DNA of 64,000 nucleotides from an uncultured Chloroflexia bacterium (lineage in GTDB: Bacteria; Chloroflexota; Limnocylindria; Limnocylindrales; CSP1-4), in NCBI GenBank assembly GCA_963768655.1, contig CAVYIM010000007.1, positions 96,001-160,000 of the forward strand, in the 5' to 3' direction. Under the pieces are notes generated by a model that made no database searches, was not told the DNA's origin, and saw nothing but the letters and a program-made list of their open reading frames with translations. Of this stretch, positions 44,733 through 56,624 are shown one piece after another. Numbering within the stretch: position 1 is the first letter of the stretch; every line of letters starts with the position of its first letter. Both the position numbers and the translations under genes were made by a program.

Positions 44733-45083
44733 GTGAACGTGCTCGACGAGATCACCCAGGAACAGATCCGGACAGACACCCCGGAGCTCAGCCCGGGCGA
44801 CACGGTGCGCGTCGCTGCGCGGGTCGTCGAGGGTAACCGCGAGCGCATCCAGGTCTTCGAAGGGACGGTCATGCGCCTGCGCGGCGGCGGCATCCAGCGC
44901 TCGATCACCGTCCGCAGGATCGCCAGTGGTGTCGGCGTGGAGCGCACCTTCAAGGTGAACAGCCCCCGCATCGACAAGATCGAAGTCGTGCGCCACGGCC
45001 AGGCGCGCCGCGCTCAGCTGTACTTCCTGCGCAAGCGCGTGGGCAAGGCGGCTACCCTGCGCGAGCGCCGCGTCAGCAGCTAG
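44733..45083 (+). CDS. rplS: 50S ribosomal protein L19
   Basis: [36 protein letters not shown]. Confidence 0.98.
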   Translation: MNVLDEITQEQIRTDTPELSPGDTVRVAARVVEGNRERIQVFEGTVMRLRGGGIQRSITVRRIASGVGVERTFKVNSPRIDKIEVVRHGQARRAQLYFLRKRVGKAATLRERRVSS

Positions 45084-45100
45084 ACCGGCTCGGGAGCCAC

Positions 45101-45949
45101 ATGCCCGGCGCCCGACACTCCAGCTTCCGGATCGAGGACCCCGGCCGCGCGCCCTCGGCGATGCGACGGGGTCCCACTGTATTCGCGCCCGGTGCCCGTG
45201 CCGGCCGGTTCGAGGTCGCGCCCTGGCATAGTGAGAGACTCGACCCGGACTTCGCCGAAGAACGGATCCTCTGGTCGCGCGGCTTCCGCTACGTCGCCGG
45301 CATCGACGAGGTCGGTCGAGGCTGCCTGGCGGGCCCGGTCGCCGCGGCGGCGGTCATCCTGCCGCCCAACTGGAGGCCGCGGGGCCTGCGCGACTCCAAG
45401 CTGCTCAAGCCCGAGGATCGGCGGCGCCTCGACGTGGAGATCCGTGGCCGGGCGCTGGCGTGGTCGATCGCGTTCGTCGGTCCGGAGCTGATCGACCGCA
45501 TCAACATTCTCCAGGCGACGCTGCTGGCAAGCACCCTGGCCGCCGCCCGCCTGCCGATCCGGCCCGACGCCCTGCTGCTCGATGCCGTCTCACTGCCCGA
45601 GGTCCGGGTCCACCAGCGCGTGCTCGTCTCCGCGGATCGGCTGTGCGCGTCGGTGGCGGCGGCTTCGGTGATCGCCAAGGTGGCTCGCGACCGGCTCATG
45701 GTGGAGATGGACGCGCGCTACCCCGGCTACGACCTGGCCCGTAACAAGGGCTATGCCGCGCCCGAGCATCGCGCCGGCCTGGCCGCTCTGGGTCTATGCC
45801 CGATTCATCGCCTCTCGTTCGCGCCCTGTCGTGATCGCGAGCAAATGGGCCTGTGGGAGGATGCGCGAGCGGACGCCGCCGATGAAGATGCCCTCGGCGA
45901 GCGGGCCGACGAGGCCGTCATGCTCGAGGAGGTCGAGCCGATCGACTGA
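45101..45949 (+). CDS. rnhB: Ribonuclease HII (true start may be downstream, e.g. ATG 45161)
   Basis: AGIDEVGRGCLAGPV, DSK, VAAASVIAKV.RD, NKGY, HRLSF. Confidence 0.94.
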   Translation: MPGARHSSFRIEDPGRAPSAMRRGPTVFAPGARAGRFEVAPWHSERLDPDFAEERILWSRGFRYVAGIDEVGRGCLAGPVAAAAVILPPNWRPRGLRDSKLLKPEDRRRLDVEIRGRALAWSIAFVGPELIDRINILQATLLASTLAAARLPIRPDALLLDAVSLPEVRVHQRVLVSADRLCASVAAASVIAKVARDRLMVEMDARYPGYDLARNKGYAAPEHRAGLAALGLCPIHRLSFAPCRDREQMGLWEDARADAADEDALGERADEAVMLEEVEPID

Positions 45950-45966
45950 CGCCTGCCGGAGGAGCC

Positions 45967-46365
45967 ATGGCCGAACGAACGGACCGACAGAAGGCCGGCG
46001 ACACGGCCGAAAGCCTTGTCTGCGAACGCCTGGCGGCCCGGGGCTGGCAGATCCTGGCCCGCAACGTCCACTTCGGACGCAGCGAGCTGGACATCGTCGC
46101 CATCGACCCGGGTCCGCCGGGGAGGCTCGTCGTGGTCGAGGTCCGGTGGCGGCGCTCGAGGGAGTTCGGACTGGCGGAGGAGACCTTTGACCGTCGAAAA
46201 CAGGCCCATCTGAAGGCCGGGGTGGCCCGCATGCTGGAGGCGGGGTGTCTGCCCGACGGCATCGAGCTGCCTCGCCTGGCGCCGGCGTTGGACCTGGCGA
46301 CAGTCGAACCCGGGACCGGCGGCCTTCCTGTCGTGCGCCTCTACCGGAATGCGCTTGGGGGTTGA
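45967..46365 (+). CDS. YraN family putative endonuclease
   Basis: G..AE...L...GW.IL.RN....ELDIVA...VVVEVR; follows rnhB. Confidence 0.9.
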   Translation: MAERTDRQKAGDTAESLVCERLAARGWQILARNVHFGRSELDIVAIDPGPPGRLVVVEVRWRRSREFGLAEETFDRRKQAHLKAGVARMLEAGCLPDGIELPRLAPALDLATVEPGTGGLPVVRLYRNALGG

Positions 46366-46571
46366 CCGCCAGTTCTGGCGACCGACGACCGACTGATCGC
46401 GGCGTATTGGGATTGGCTGCCGCGGACCGGGTGAGCCGCCGGCCACGCAAGCAGCCGGCTGCGCATCGACACGGCCGGCTGGGGCCGGTCGCCGCTGTGC
46501 TACACTCCCCGCCGGCCGTCGCGTCGCGAGGGCCCCCGCTTCGTGTCCGCGTCATGGCGGGCGGAGCGGAG

Positions 46572-46662
46572 ATCACACGCAGAGTTGCCGTGTCGGGGCG
46601 GTGCCGGAGCCGCGTTTGGCGGACCGGTTCCCGACAGGAGCGCTGCGGAGGAAGCAACCGCA
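46572..46662 (+). promoter_or_regulatory. rpsB (S2/t44-type) autoregulatory leader RNA
   Basis: CACACGCAG...CGGTGCC...CTGCGGAGG..AACC arrangement with pairing arms (CGCAG/CTGCG, TGTCGGG/CCCGACA); TACACT -10 at 46501-46506. Confidence 0.75.
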
Positions 46663-46674
46663 GGAGGTCAGTTC

Positions 46675-47619
46675 ATGCCGTCCGTTTCGATGCGACAGCT
46701 CCTGGAGGCTGGGATCCATTTCGGCCACCAGACTCGTCGCTGGAATCCCAAGATGCGCCCGTTCATCTTCGCGGAGCGCAACGGGATCCACATCATCGAC
46801 CTGGCCCAGACCGTCAAGCGGCTTGACGTCGCCCTCGATGCCGCCCGCGACACGGTCGCGCGCGGCGACAGCGTCCTTTTCATCGGCACCAAGAAGCAGG
46901 CCCAGGAGCCGATCGCCCAGGAGGCGACCCGCGCCGGCCAGCCGTACGTGAACCGCCGCTGGCTCGGCGGCATGCTCACCAACTTCATCACGATCAAGAA
47001 GCGCATAGCCCTCCTCGATCAGCTCGAGGCACGCCAGGCAAGCGGTGACTTCGAGCGGCTGACGAAGAAGGAAGTCGCCAAGCTTGTCGAGGAAATGGAC
47101 CACCTGCGCGACGCGTTCGGCGGCATCCGCAAGATGAAGCGCCTGCCGGGGATGGTCTTCATCGTCGACCCGCACCGCGAGCGGATCGCGGTGACGGAAT
47201 CCCGCAAGCTCGAGATCCCGATCATCGGTACTGGCGACACCAACGTCGACCCGGACGAGCTGGACTACATCATCCCGGCCAACGACGACGCGATCCGTGC
47301 CATTCGGCTGCTCTGTTCGCTGGTGGCCGATGCCTGCGTCGAGGGCCAGCGCGAGCGCGGTGCACGTGCCAGCGCCGAGATCGAGGCACCCGAGGCGCCG
47401 GCCGAACCCGAGATCGAGGAGACTGCCTCCGAGGAGCTCGTCGCGGCCCTTGCGGGCGGCGGCGCCCTCACGTTCGAACCCGACGTGGATGAGGAGGAAG
47501 TCTTGCTGCCCGGCGTGCGAGCCATCCCGTCCCACCCGCGCGACGCCGAGGGTGAAGAGACTCCCCGCAGTCGCGAAGAGACGCCCCGAACTCGGGAAGA
47601 GACCGCGCGCTCCCACTGA
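46675..47619 (+). CDS. rpsB: 30S ribosomal protein S2
   Basis: AGGAGG SD; [39 protein letters not shown]. Confidence 0.98.
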   Translation: MPSVSMRQLLEAGIHFGHQTRRWNPKMRPFIFAERNGIHIIDLAQTVKRLDVALDAARDTVARGDSVLFIGTKKQAQEPIAQEATRAGQPYVNRRWLGGMLTNFITIKKRIALLDQLEARQASGDFERLTKKEVAKLVEEMDHLRDAFGGIRKMKRLPGMVFIVDPHRERIAVTESRKLEIPIIGTGDTNVDPDELDYIIPANDDAIRAIRLLCSLVADACVEGQRERGARASAEIEAPEAPAEPEIEETASEELVAALAGGGALTFEPDVDEEEVLLPGVRAIPSHPRDAEGEETPRSREETPRTREETARSH

Positions 47620-47703
47620 CCCAACGAACTCATCCGCCGGGCGGCCGGCGCCGACCCGCCGACCGGCCGCGTATATGCAAGCGACAGGAGACACGAGAAC
47701 ACG

Positions 47704-48299
<596 letters not shown>

Positions 48300-48303
<4 letters not shown>

Positions 48304-49097
48304 GCGAGGCCAAAGCGGCCAGGGCCACGTCCGCAGGCGCCGTCGCCGTCGAATCTGTCGACGGGGGCGCCACGCGGCCGCGCTATCGTCGGATCCTCCT
48401 GAAGCTGTCCGGAGAGGCCCTGCTCGGGTCTCGCCAGTACGGCGTCGATCCAGACTTCTGCGCATTCATCGCGGCCCAGGTCGCCGAGGTTCACCGACTC
48501 GGTGTCCAGATCGGCATCGTCGTCGGTGGCGGGAACATCTTCCGCGGACTGGCTGCCGCGGCCAAGGGAATGGACCGCGCCACCGGCGACTACATCGGCA
48601 TGCTGGCCACCGTGATGAACGCGCTGGCACTCCAGGACGCTATCGAGAAGGCTGGCGTCCAGACCCGAGTCATGAGCGCCATCGGGATGAACGAGGTCGC
48701 CGAGCCATACATCCGCAGGCGCGCCGTGCGCCACCTGGAGAAGGGGCGAGTGATCATCCTGGCCGCAGGTACGGGCAACCCGTACTTCACGACCGACACC
48801 GCCGCCGCGCTCCGGGCCGTCGAGATCGGGGCCGAGGTCATTCTCAAGGCAACCAAGGTCGACGGCGTGTACGACTCGGACCCGGTCGAGAACCCGAACG
48901 CCACGCGCTACGAGCGGCTCACGTACTCCCAGGTTCTGGCCCAGCGGCTCCGCGTTCTCGATGCCACGGCCGTCTCGCTGTGCATGGAGAATGACACTCC
49001 GATCGTCGTGTTCGACCTGAACAAGCCCGAGAACATCACGCGGGTGGCCGCGGGCGAAACCGTCGGCACCCTGATCAACGGAGGCAGCCCGGCATGA
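48300..49097 (+). CDS. pyrH: UMP kinase
   Basis: [33 protein letters not shown]. Confidence 0.98.
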
Positions 49098-49651
49098 GCA
49101 GCGAGACCTTGACCGGCACCGAACACAAGATGATGCGGGCAGTAGAGGTTCTCGAGCGAGATCTGCAAGGTATTCGCACGGGTCGCGCCTCCACGTCGCT
49201 CGTCGAGAGGATCGTGGTCGAGTACTACGGCGCGCCCACGCCCATGAATCAGCTGGCTGGCATCAGCGTCCCCGAATCGCACCAGATCGTGATCCAGCCC
49301 TGGGACCGCAATGCCATTCAGGCGATAGAGAAGGCGATCCAGAAGAGCGACATCGGCCTTGTGCCCAACAGCGACGGCACTGTCATCCGTCTCAACATTC
49401 CGCAGCTCACCGAGGAGCGTCGGCGGGACCTCGTGAAGCAGGTCCATAAGCGCATGGAAGAAGCCCGCGTCGAGATCCGCAACCTTCGTCGGGAGGCGGC
49501 CGATCAGCTCAAGAAGGAAGAGCACGACGGCACGATGGGCGCGGACGAAGGGCGGCGCGAGCACGAAAACCTGCAGCGCGTCACCGACAAACACATCGCC
49601 GACGTGGATCGCATCGGCGCGGCGAAGGAACAGGAGATCCTGGAGGTCTAG
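49094..49651 (+). CDS. frr: Ribosome recycling factor
   Basis: IRTGRAS, YYGAPTP, P.LTEERR, IRNLRR. Confidence 0.98.
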   Translation: MSSETLTGTEHKMMRAVEVLERDLQGIRTGRASTSLVERIVVEYYGAPTPMNQLAGISVPESHQIVIQPWDRNAIQAIEKAIQKSDIGLVPNSDGTVIRLNIPQLTEERRRDLVKQVHKRMEEARVEIRNLRREAADQLKKEEHDGTMGADEGRREHENLQRVTDKHIADVDRIGAAKEQEILEV

Positions 49652-50514
49652 TGGCCCGTCCGATCGACCGGCCGACCGACTCTCCGTCGATCGTCCACCG
49701 CGAGCGCCAGGCTCCGGCCGAGCCGGCCGGCGGTCCGTCGGCGTCGCAGGCGGCCCTGGTGCCGGGGCTGTCGCAGCCAATGTCGCCCGAGGCTGCGGCG
49801 GCGCCCGCCGACGTCTTCCCGGTCACGCCCCAGGAGATGCCGCGCCACGTCGCGATCATCATGGACGGGAACCGGCGGTGGGCCCGCGCCCGCGGCTTGA
49901 CCGAGATGGAGGGTCACTCCGCCGGAGTCGAGGGAATTCGCGGGATCATCCGCCACGCCGTCCGGCGCGGGATCGAAGTTCTGTCGCTGTACGCGTTCAG
50001 TCGGGAGAACTGGGCGCGGTCCGATGACGAGGTGAGCGGCCTGTTCATGCTTCTCGAGAAGGCGATCCGCAACGAGACGGCCGAGCTCGTGGCCCAGGGC
50101 GCGCGCGTCCGCCTACTCGGGAGGATGGAGGAGCTGCCGCCCGAGACGCAGGCTTCGCTCAACGAGGCGCTCGATGCCACGGTGGGCGGCCAGCGGCTCC
50201 AGCTCAACATCGCCTTCAACTACTCCGGGCGAACGGAGCTGGTGGACGCCGCCCGGAAGCTGGTCGCGCGGGGTCTGCGGCCCGAGGAGGTCGACGAGGA
50301 CGCCATGGCCGCGGCCATGTACACGGCCGGCCTGCCGGATCCGGACATGGTCATTCGTACCGGCGGCGACGAACGTCTCTCCAACTTCCTGATCTGGCAG
50401 TCGGCGTACGCCGAGATCGTCTTCACTCCAACGCTCTGGCCCGATTTCGGGCCGGCCGAGCTGGACGCGGCCCTCCTCGAGTTCGCCAGCCGGCAGCGCC
50501 GGTTCGGGCGCTAG
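49651..50514 (+). CDS. uppS: Undecaprenyl/isoprenyl diphosphate synthase
   Basis: HVAIIMDGNRRWA, YAFSRENW, IRTGG..RLSNFLIWQ, RRFG. Confidence 0.97.
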   Translation: MARPIDRPTDSPSIVHRERQAPAEPAGGPSASQAALVPGLSQPMSPEAAAAPADVFPVTPQEMPRHVAIIMDGNRRWARARGLTEMEGHSAGVEGIRGIIRHAVRRGIEVLSLYAFSRENWARSDDEVSGLFMLLEKAIRNETAELVAQGARVRLLGRMEELPPETQASLNEALDATVGGQRLQLNIAFNYSGRTELVDAARKLVARGLRPEEVDEDAMAAAMYTAGLPDPDMVIRTGGDERLSNFLIWQSAYAEIVFTPTLWPDFGPAELDAALLEFASRQRRFGR

Positions 50515-50522
50515 AGGCGGGC

Positions 50523-51350
50523 ATGCGGCAGAGGGCGCTGAGCGCATTGGTCTTCGTGCCGCCTCTGCTGATCGTGCTGGCCCTGGGCGAGCCATGGTTC
50601 GGGGCCTTGATCGCGGTCTTCGTCGCTATCGGGGCCTGGGAGGCCGGTCGGTTGCTGCGTGGCGCCGGATACGGAGCGATGCCATGGCTGATCGTGCCCG
50701 CGGCGCTGGCAGTGGCCGCGGACGTGGCGGCCCCGTCGTGGCTGGCGGGCTACGGTGACCTGCTCATCGCGGCGGTGGTCGTCGCCGCGGGAATCGCCGC
50801 CTTCGTCGAGAAGGACACGAAGGTCGGCTTCGCGGCGTGGATGGCGACGGCGTTCGGGGCGGTGTACGTCGGGTTGCTGGCGGCGCTGGTCCGTCTTGGC
50901 CTGGCCGCGCCGGCCCTCGCGTCGTCGGCCCCGGCCACGCAGCTCGGCGCGGAGCGGGGCTGGATTCTTCTCGTGATCCTGCTGGTCTGGTCCTACGACA
51001 CCGGGGCGTATCTGGTGGGCATCGCCCTGGGCAAACGCAAGTTCCTGGCTCACATCTCGCCCTCGAAGAGCTACTGGGGCCTGTTCGGTGGCCTGGTCGC
51101 CTGTACGGCGGTGGCGGTGGCCGGCTTCCTGGCCCTCGGTCAGCCACCGCTGTTGGGGCTCGCGATGGGCCCGCTGATCGGGCTTGCGGCGCAGGCTGGC
51201 GACCTGGCCGAGTCGATGTTGAAGCGCGCGGCGGGCGCGAAGGACTCCAGCGGGCTGATTCCAGGCCACGGCGGGATACTTGACCGCGTGGATTCGTTCA
51301 TCTTCGCGGCGCCCGTCGCCGCGCTCTATGTCGCCGCGCTCGTTCGCTGA
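50523..51350 (+). CDS. cdsA: Phosphatidate cytidylyltransferase
   Basis: DTGAY, ISPSKS, GDLAESMLKR...KDSS.LIPGHGGILDRVDS. Confidence 0.97.
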   Translation: MRQRALSALVFVPPLLIVLALGEPWFGALIAVFVAIGAWEAGRLLRGAGYGAMPWLIVPAALAVAADVAAPSWLAGYGDLLIAAVVVAAGIAAFVEKDTKVGFAAWMATAFGAVYVGLLAALVRLGLAAPALASSAPATQLGAERGWILLVILLVWSYDTGAYLVGIALGKRKFLAHISPSKSYWGLFGGLVACTAVAVAGFLALGQPPLLGLAMGPLIGLAAQAGDLAESMLKRAAGAKDSSGLIPGHGGILDRVDSFIFAAPVAALYVAALVR

Positions 51351-51422
51351 TTCGGGCCCCGAACCGGCGGGGGAGGGGAGCGGCCGCACTGTGGGCCGGC
51401 CGGCTGCGCTGGCAACGCCCCG

Positions 51423-52659
51423 ATGAGCAACGCGTCGATGAGCGACGCCTCCCCGATCGTGCGAGTCGCGCTGCTGGGTTCGGGCGGCTCGATCGGTCGC
51501 CAGGCCATCGACGTGCTGGGCGAGATGTCCGACGCGTTTCGGATCGTCGCTCTGGCCACCGGGTCGCAAGCGCAGTTGCTGGAAGAGCAGGCCCGCCGGT
51601 TCCGCCCGCAGATCGTGGCGCTGGCGGATGCGACTGCCGCGGCCCGTCTCGATCTCCCATCGGGCGTGGCCCGGGCCTCCGGCGCGGCCGCGCTGGAAGA
51701 GATCGTGGCGCGGCCCGACGTGGATCTGGTTCTGGTGGCCACGGGAGGCCTGGTCGCGCTGCGTTCCGTGCTGGCGGCCCTGGAGGCGGGCAAGGTGGTC
51801 GCCACGGCGAACAAGGAGACCCTCGTGGCCGGCGGGCACCTGGTCATGCCGCTGGCATGGGCCCTGGCCGATCGAAATCGTCCGCTGATGCCGTCGCCGA
51901 TATCAGGCCGGACCTCCGCCGGCCCCCTCGGCTGGCTGCGCCCTATCGACTCCGAGCATTCAGCCATCTGGCAGTGCCTGGCTGGCGAGGAGAACCGCGC
52001 CATCGCGCGATTGCTGCTCACCGCGTCCGGCGGGCCGTTCCTCGATGCCAGTGTCGCGGACCTTGCGACGGTCACCCCCGAACGGGCCCTGCGCCACCCG
52101 ACCTGGCGAATGGGCGCGAAGATCACCGTCGACTCCGCGACCCTCGCCAACAAGGGGCTCGAAATCATCGAAGCGCACTGGCTGTACGATGTGCCCCTCT
52201 CGGCCATTTCGGTCGTCATCCACCCTCAGAGCGTCGTCCATTCGGCCGTGGAGTTCGTGGACGGCTCGATCAAGGCGCAGCTCGGGACCCCGGACATGCG
52301 ACTTCCCATCCAATATGCGCTGACATACCCGGCCCGACGGTCTTCGCCGGCCGCCGCGGCGGATCTGATTGCCGCGGGTAAGCTGGAGTTCCGGGCGCCC
52401 GATGAGGAGCGCTTTCCGGCGTTGAGGATCGCCAGGGAGGCCGGGCTGGCCGGGCCTCGGGCCAGCGCCGCGCTGATTTCGGCCGACGAAGTCGCGGTCG
52501 CCCGCTTCCTGGACGGCCGCCTCGATTTCTCCGGGGATTCCGCGAGTCCTGGGGGCAGCCGTGGAGAAGTTCGGTTCCGGCAAGCCCCGCGAGCCGGGTC
52601 TCGAGGAACTCATGGCGCTCGACACGCAGGTTCGCGCATTCGCTGAGGGGGCCCGGTGA
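51423..52659 (+). CDS. dxr: 1-deoxy-D-xylulose-5-phosphate reductoisomerase, +1 frameshift at 52533-52536
   Basis: LLGSGGSIG, ANKETLV, PIDSEHSA, TASGGPF, HPTWRMG.KIT, NKGLE. Removing one G gives FSGIPRVL..AVE...LEELMALD..VR ending TGA 52657-52659, overlapping the rseP GTG. Confidence 0.95.
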
Positions 52660-53753
52660 CGCTGCAGGGCCTGCTCTTTGCCGTGGTCGCGATTCCCCTG
52701 ACGCTCCTCATCCTGACGCTGCTCGTGGTGGTCCATGAGATCGGGCACTTCGTGACGGCTCGTCTGTCGGGGATCCGAGTCATCGAGTTCGGGATCGGCT
52801 TCCCGCCGCGGGCCAAGGTGCTCGGACATGACCATGAGACCGAGTACACCCTCAACTACCTCCCGATCGGCGGCTTCTGCCTGATGGAGGGCGAGGAGTC
52901 GGACTCCGACGACCCGAGGGCGTTCGCGGCCGCGTCGCTGCCGAGGCAGATTCTGGTGATGGTTGCCGGTGTGACCATGAACCTTCTCACCGCCGTGTTC
53001 CTGTTCTTCGTGGTCGCCTGCGTCTTCAGCCCGGGCCAGGGGATCCAGTTCGCGCAGGTCATTCCGGGCTCGGCCGCTCAGCGCGCCGGGCTCGTGGGCG
53101 GAGAGACGGTCGACTCGCTGAACGGTCAGCGCTTCGGCTTCATGACCAGCACGGGCTTGCTCGACGCGATCTCGGCCGACGCCGGCAAGACGGTGACGCT
53201 CGGCTACGTCGACCTCGATGGCAACCACAAGTCCGTGGTGGTCACGCTCGGAACCGACAGGACGACGGGAATCCTCGGGATCAAGGGGCCCGGCAACGAC
53301 GGGCCGTTGGTTTCCGTCGTGACCTTCACTCAGTCCGATCCCGTCACCGGGATGGAGACGGCGATCGACAACACGAGGACTGCCCTGGGTCTCGTCTTCA
53401 CGGGCCTGGGCCAGCTTGGATCGTCGCTCGTCAACCACCCGACCTCGGCGCCGGCCGGGATCCAGGGGCCGGTCGGTATCACTCGCGACGTCGGCCTGGT
53501 GCTGACCGACTATGGACCCCCTGTGGTCGTCCTGCTGGCGGCGATTCTCTCGGCCAACCTGGCCCTGATCAACCTGCTGCCATTCCCGCCGCTCGATGGC
53601 GGCAAGGTCCTGGTGCTGGTCGTCAAGCGGATATTCGGAGCGCGCGGCGTCAGCGCGGTGGAGGCGGCGGCGAACGTCGCGGGAATGGCCTGCCTGCTCG
53701 CCTTCATAGCCTGGATCAGCTACTTCGACATCGTCCGCGGCGGCGCCCCGTAG
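52656..53753 (+). CDS. rseP: RseP-like M50 intramembrane metalloprotease with PDZ domain
   Basis: HEIGH, P.GGF, AG..MN, PDZ segment, [16 protein letters not shown]. Confidence 0.95.
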   Translation: MTLQGLLFAVVAIPLTLLILTLLVVVHEIGHFVTARLSGIRVIEFGIGFPPRAKVLGHDHETEYTLNYLPIGGFCLMEGEESDSDDPRAFAAASLPRQILVMVAGVTMNLLTAVFLFFVVACVFSPGQGIQFAQVIPGSAAQRAGLVGGETVDSLNGQRFGFMTSTGLLDAISADAGKTVTLGYVDLDGNHKSVVVTLGTDRTTGILGIKGPGNDGPLVSVVTFTQSDPVTGMETAIDNTRTALGLVFTGLGQLGSSLVNHPTSAPAGIQGPVGITRDVGLVLTDYGPPVVVLLAAILSANLALINLLPFPPLDGGKVLVLVVKRIFGARGVSAVEAAANVAGMACLLAFIAWISYFDIVRGGAP

Positions 53754-53755
53754 CC

Positions 53756-54997
53756 ATGGAGAGCACCGAGTTCGGAGCGCGCCGGCGCTCCGCGGCCGTG
53801 GATATCGAGGGCGTGATCGTCGGCGGCGGCCACCCGATCGTCGTCCAGTCGATGACGAATACAGATACGGCCGACGCGGACGCCACGGCGCTGCAGGTCG
53901 CGCGGCTGGCCCACGCCGGCTCTGAGCTCGTCAGGATCACGGTCAACACCGAGGCGGCGGCGGACGCCGTCCCGGAGATCGTTCGCAAGGTTCGAGGTCT
54001 GGGCGCCGCGGTCCCGATCGTCGGCGACTTCCACTACAACGGCCACAAGCTGCTGCGCGACTACCCGGCCGCGGCCCGAGCGCTGGCCAAGTACCGCATC
54101 AACCCCGGCAACGTCGGCCCGGGTCGCCATCACGACGATCACTTCACCGAGATCGTCCGCATCGCCATCGAGAACGGCAAGCCGGTCCGGATCGGCGTCA
54201 ACTGGGGCTCGCTGGATCAGGCGGTCCTGGCCGGGCTGATGGACGCGAACGCGCGCCTGGCCGAGCCGAAAGACGCCCGGGACGTCATGATCGAGGCGAT
54301 GGTCGAGAGCGCCGTTCGATCGGCCGAGCTGGCGGAGGCGACCGGCCTGGCCCACGACCGAATCATCCTCTCGGCGAAGGTCTCCGGCGTGCGCGACCTG
54401 GTCGAGGTGTACCGGCGGCTGGCGGCGCGCGGCGACTACGCCCTGCATCTGGGGCTGACCGAGGCGGGCATGGGCATGAAAGGGATCGTCGCCTCGTCCG
54501 CGGGACTCTCGCTGCTGCTGGCCGAGGGCATAGGCGACACGATCCGCGTCTCGATCACGCCCGAGCCGGGCGGCGACCGGACTGAGGAGGTGGCGGTCGC
54601 GCAGCAGGTCCTGCAGTCGCTCGGGCTGCGGTCGTTCGTGCCGCAGGTTTCCTCGTGCCCCGGCTGCGGCCGCACGACGAGCGTCTACTTCCAGGAGCTC
54701 GCCCGCGACATCCAGGCGTACCTGCGCGACCAGATGCCCCTGTGGCGCGATGGGCACCCCGGGGTGGAGGATCTGCGCGTGGCGGTCATGGGTTGCGTCG
54801 TCAACGGTCCCGGCGAGTCCAAGCACGCCGACATCGGGATCAGCCTGCCGGGCACCTTCGAGGATCCGGTGGCGCCGGTCTTCATCGACGGGGCTCTGGA
54901 CCGCACCCTGCGCGGAGACCACATCGCCGACGAGTTCAAGGCGATCCTCGAGAGCTACGTAGAGAGGCGCTTTCCGGCGGTCGGAGCGGCTCGCTAG
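53756..54997 (+). CDS. ispG: (E)-4-hydroxy-3-methylbut-2-enyl-diphosphate synthase
   Basis: [48 protein letters not shown]. Confidence 0.97.
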   Translation: MESTEFGARRRSAAVDIEGVIVGGGHPIVVQSMTNTDTADADATALQVARLAHAGSELVRITVNTEAAADAVPEIVRKVRGLGAAVPIVGDFHYNGHKLLRDYPAAARALAKYRINPGNVGPGRHHDDHFTEIVRIAIENGKPVRIGVNWGSLDQAVLAGLMDANARLAEPKDARDVMIEAMVESAVRSAELAEATGLAHDRIILSAKVSGVRDLVEVYRRLAARGDYALHLGLTEAGMGMKGIVASSAGLSLLLAEGIGDTIRVSITPEPGGDRTEEVAVAQQVLQSLGLRSFVPQVSSCPGCGRTTSVYFQELARDIQAYLRDQMPLWRDGHPGVEDLRVAVMGCVVNGPGESKHADIGISLPGTFEDPVAPVFIDGALDRTLRGDHIADEFKAILESYVERRFPAVGAAR

Positions 54998-55111
54998 CGG
55001 CCCGCCGGGTCGGCCGGGCCGGGCGGTCGCGCCCCGACCTCGTTCGCCGGACATGCCCAGGCGGTACGATTGCGCGCATTCAGCGCGGTAGGATCGGCCG
55101 GAGGAGCGACA

Positions 55112-56569
55112 GTGCCCAGCGAGGGTTTCGTCACCAGCATCACCCGCCAGTCCGAGAACTTCCCGGAGTGGTACAACGACGTCGTCCTGAAGGCCGAGCT
55201 GGCCGACTACTCCCCGGTTCGCGGCTGCATGATCATCCGGCCGTACGGGTACGCTATCTGGGAATCGATGCAGGGCGAGCTCGACCGCCACATCAAGGCG
55301 ACCGGCCACAGCAACGTCTACTTCCCGCTGTTCGTTCCGCGCTCGCTCCTGGAGAAGGAAGCCGAGCACGTCGAGGGCTTCAACCCCCAGGTCGCCTGGG
55401 TGACACACGCCGGCGGCAAGGCCCTCGACGAGTGGCTGGCCATCCGCCCCACCAGCGAGGCGATCATCGCCGACAGCGTGAAGGACTGGATCCAGTCCTA
55501 CCGCGACCTGCCGCTGTTGATGAACATCTGGAACAACGTCGTCCGCTGGGAGCTGCGCACGCGCCTGTTCCTGCGAACGGCGGAGTTCCTCTGGCAGGAG
55601 GCCCACACCTTCCACGCCAGCCGCGAGGAAGCCCAGGCAGAGGTCGCGACCGGCCTCGACTGCTACGACAAGGTGTCCGAAGAATGGCTGGCCATCCCGG
55701 TCATCAAGGGCCGCAAGACGGACAGCGAGAAGTTCCCCGGCGCCGAGTTCACGTGGTGCATCGAAGCCATGATGCGCGACAAGAAGGCCCTCCAGGCCGG
55801 CACGAGCCACATGCTCGGCCAGAACTTCGCCAGGGCGGCCGGGATCGAGTTCCTGGACCGGGACAACGTCCGCAAGAACCCGTACGGAACGTCGTGGGGG
55901 TTCTCCACCCGCATGGTCGGGGCGACGGTGATGGCTCACGGCGACGACTCCGGGCTCGTGCTGCCACCCAACGTCGCGCCGGTCCAGGTCGTCATCGTGC
56001 CGATCTTCCGCAAGGACGAGGAGCGGGCCGCCGTCGCCGCGGCGATCGATCGCTTCCAGGCGGCGCTGGCCGAGACGCCCGAAGGAAGGGCGGTCCGGGT
56101 CAAGGTCGACTGGAGCGACGACTCGCCGGGCTTCAAGTACAACCACTGGGAGCTGCGCGGCGTGCCGTTCCGCCTGGAGATCGGGCCGCGCGACCTTGCG
56201 GCGGGCCAGGCTGTGGTCGTCAAGCGGGTCGATCGGTCGAAGGAGGCCGTCCCGCTCGATCGGCTTGCGGCCGAGCTGCCGGCTCGTCTGCGCGCCTACC
56301 AGGCCGAGCTGCTCGCGCGCGCCCGTGACTTCCGCGACTCGAACACGCATCACGTCGACACGTACCAGGCGCTCAAGGACGGCCTCGACGGCGAGGGTGG
56401 CTTCTTCCTGGCGCCGTGGTGCGGTGACGCGAAGTGTGAGAAGCAGGTCAACGAGGAGACCGGCGCTACGATCCGCTGCATCCCGTTCGATTCACCGGAC
56501 GAGACGGGCAAGTGCATCGTCTGCGGGGCGGTTTCGGAGCGACGGGTGCTCTTCGCCCGCGCCTACTGA
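55112..56569 (+). CDS. proS: Proline--tRNA ligase, archaeal/eukaryote type
   Basis: GGAGGAG SD, GTG start; WY..V, HVEGF.P, RPTSE, FLRT.EFLWQE, QAGTSH.LGQNF, C-terminal FARAY. Confidence 0.97.
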   Translation: MPSEGFVTSITRQSENFPEWYNDVVLKAELADYSPVRGCMIIRPYGYAIWESMQGELDRHIKATGHSNVYFPLFVPRSLLEKEAEHVEGFNPQVAWVTHAGGKALDEWLAIRPTSEAIIADSVKDWIQSYRDLPLLMNIWNNVVRWELRTRLFLRTAEFLWQEAHTFHASREEAQAEVATGLDCYDKVSEEWLAIPVIKGRKTDSEKFPGAEFTWCIEAMMRDKKALQAGTSHMLGQNFARAAGIEFLDRDNVRKNPYGTSWGFSTRMVGATVMAHGDDSGLVLPPNVAPVQVVIVPIFRKDEERAAVAAAIDRFQAALAETPEGRAVRVKVDWSDDSPGFKYNHWELRGVPFRLEIGPRDLAAGQAVVVKRVDRSKEAVPLDRLAAELPARLRAYQAELLARARDFRDSNTHHVDTYQALKDGLDGEGGFFLAPWCGDAKCEKQVNEETGATIRCIPFDSPDETGKCIVCGAVSERRVLFARAY

Positions 56570-56624
56570 GGCGCGCTCTCGCCGGCGGCGGGAGGCTTCG
56601 ACCCAGGGATGCCGAACGCCGGGT

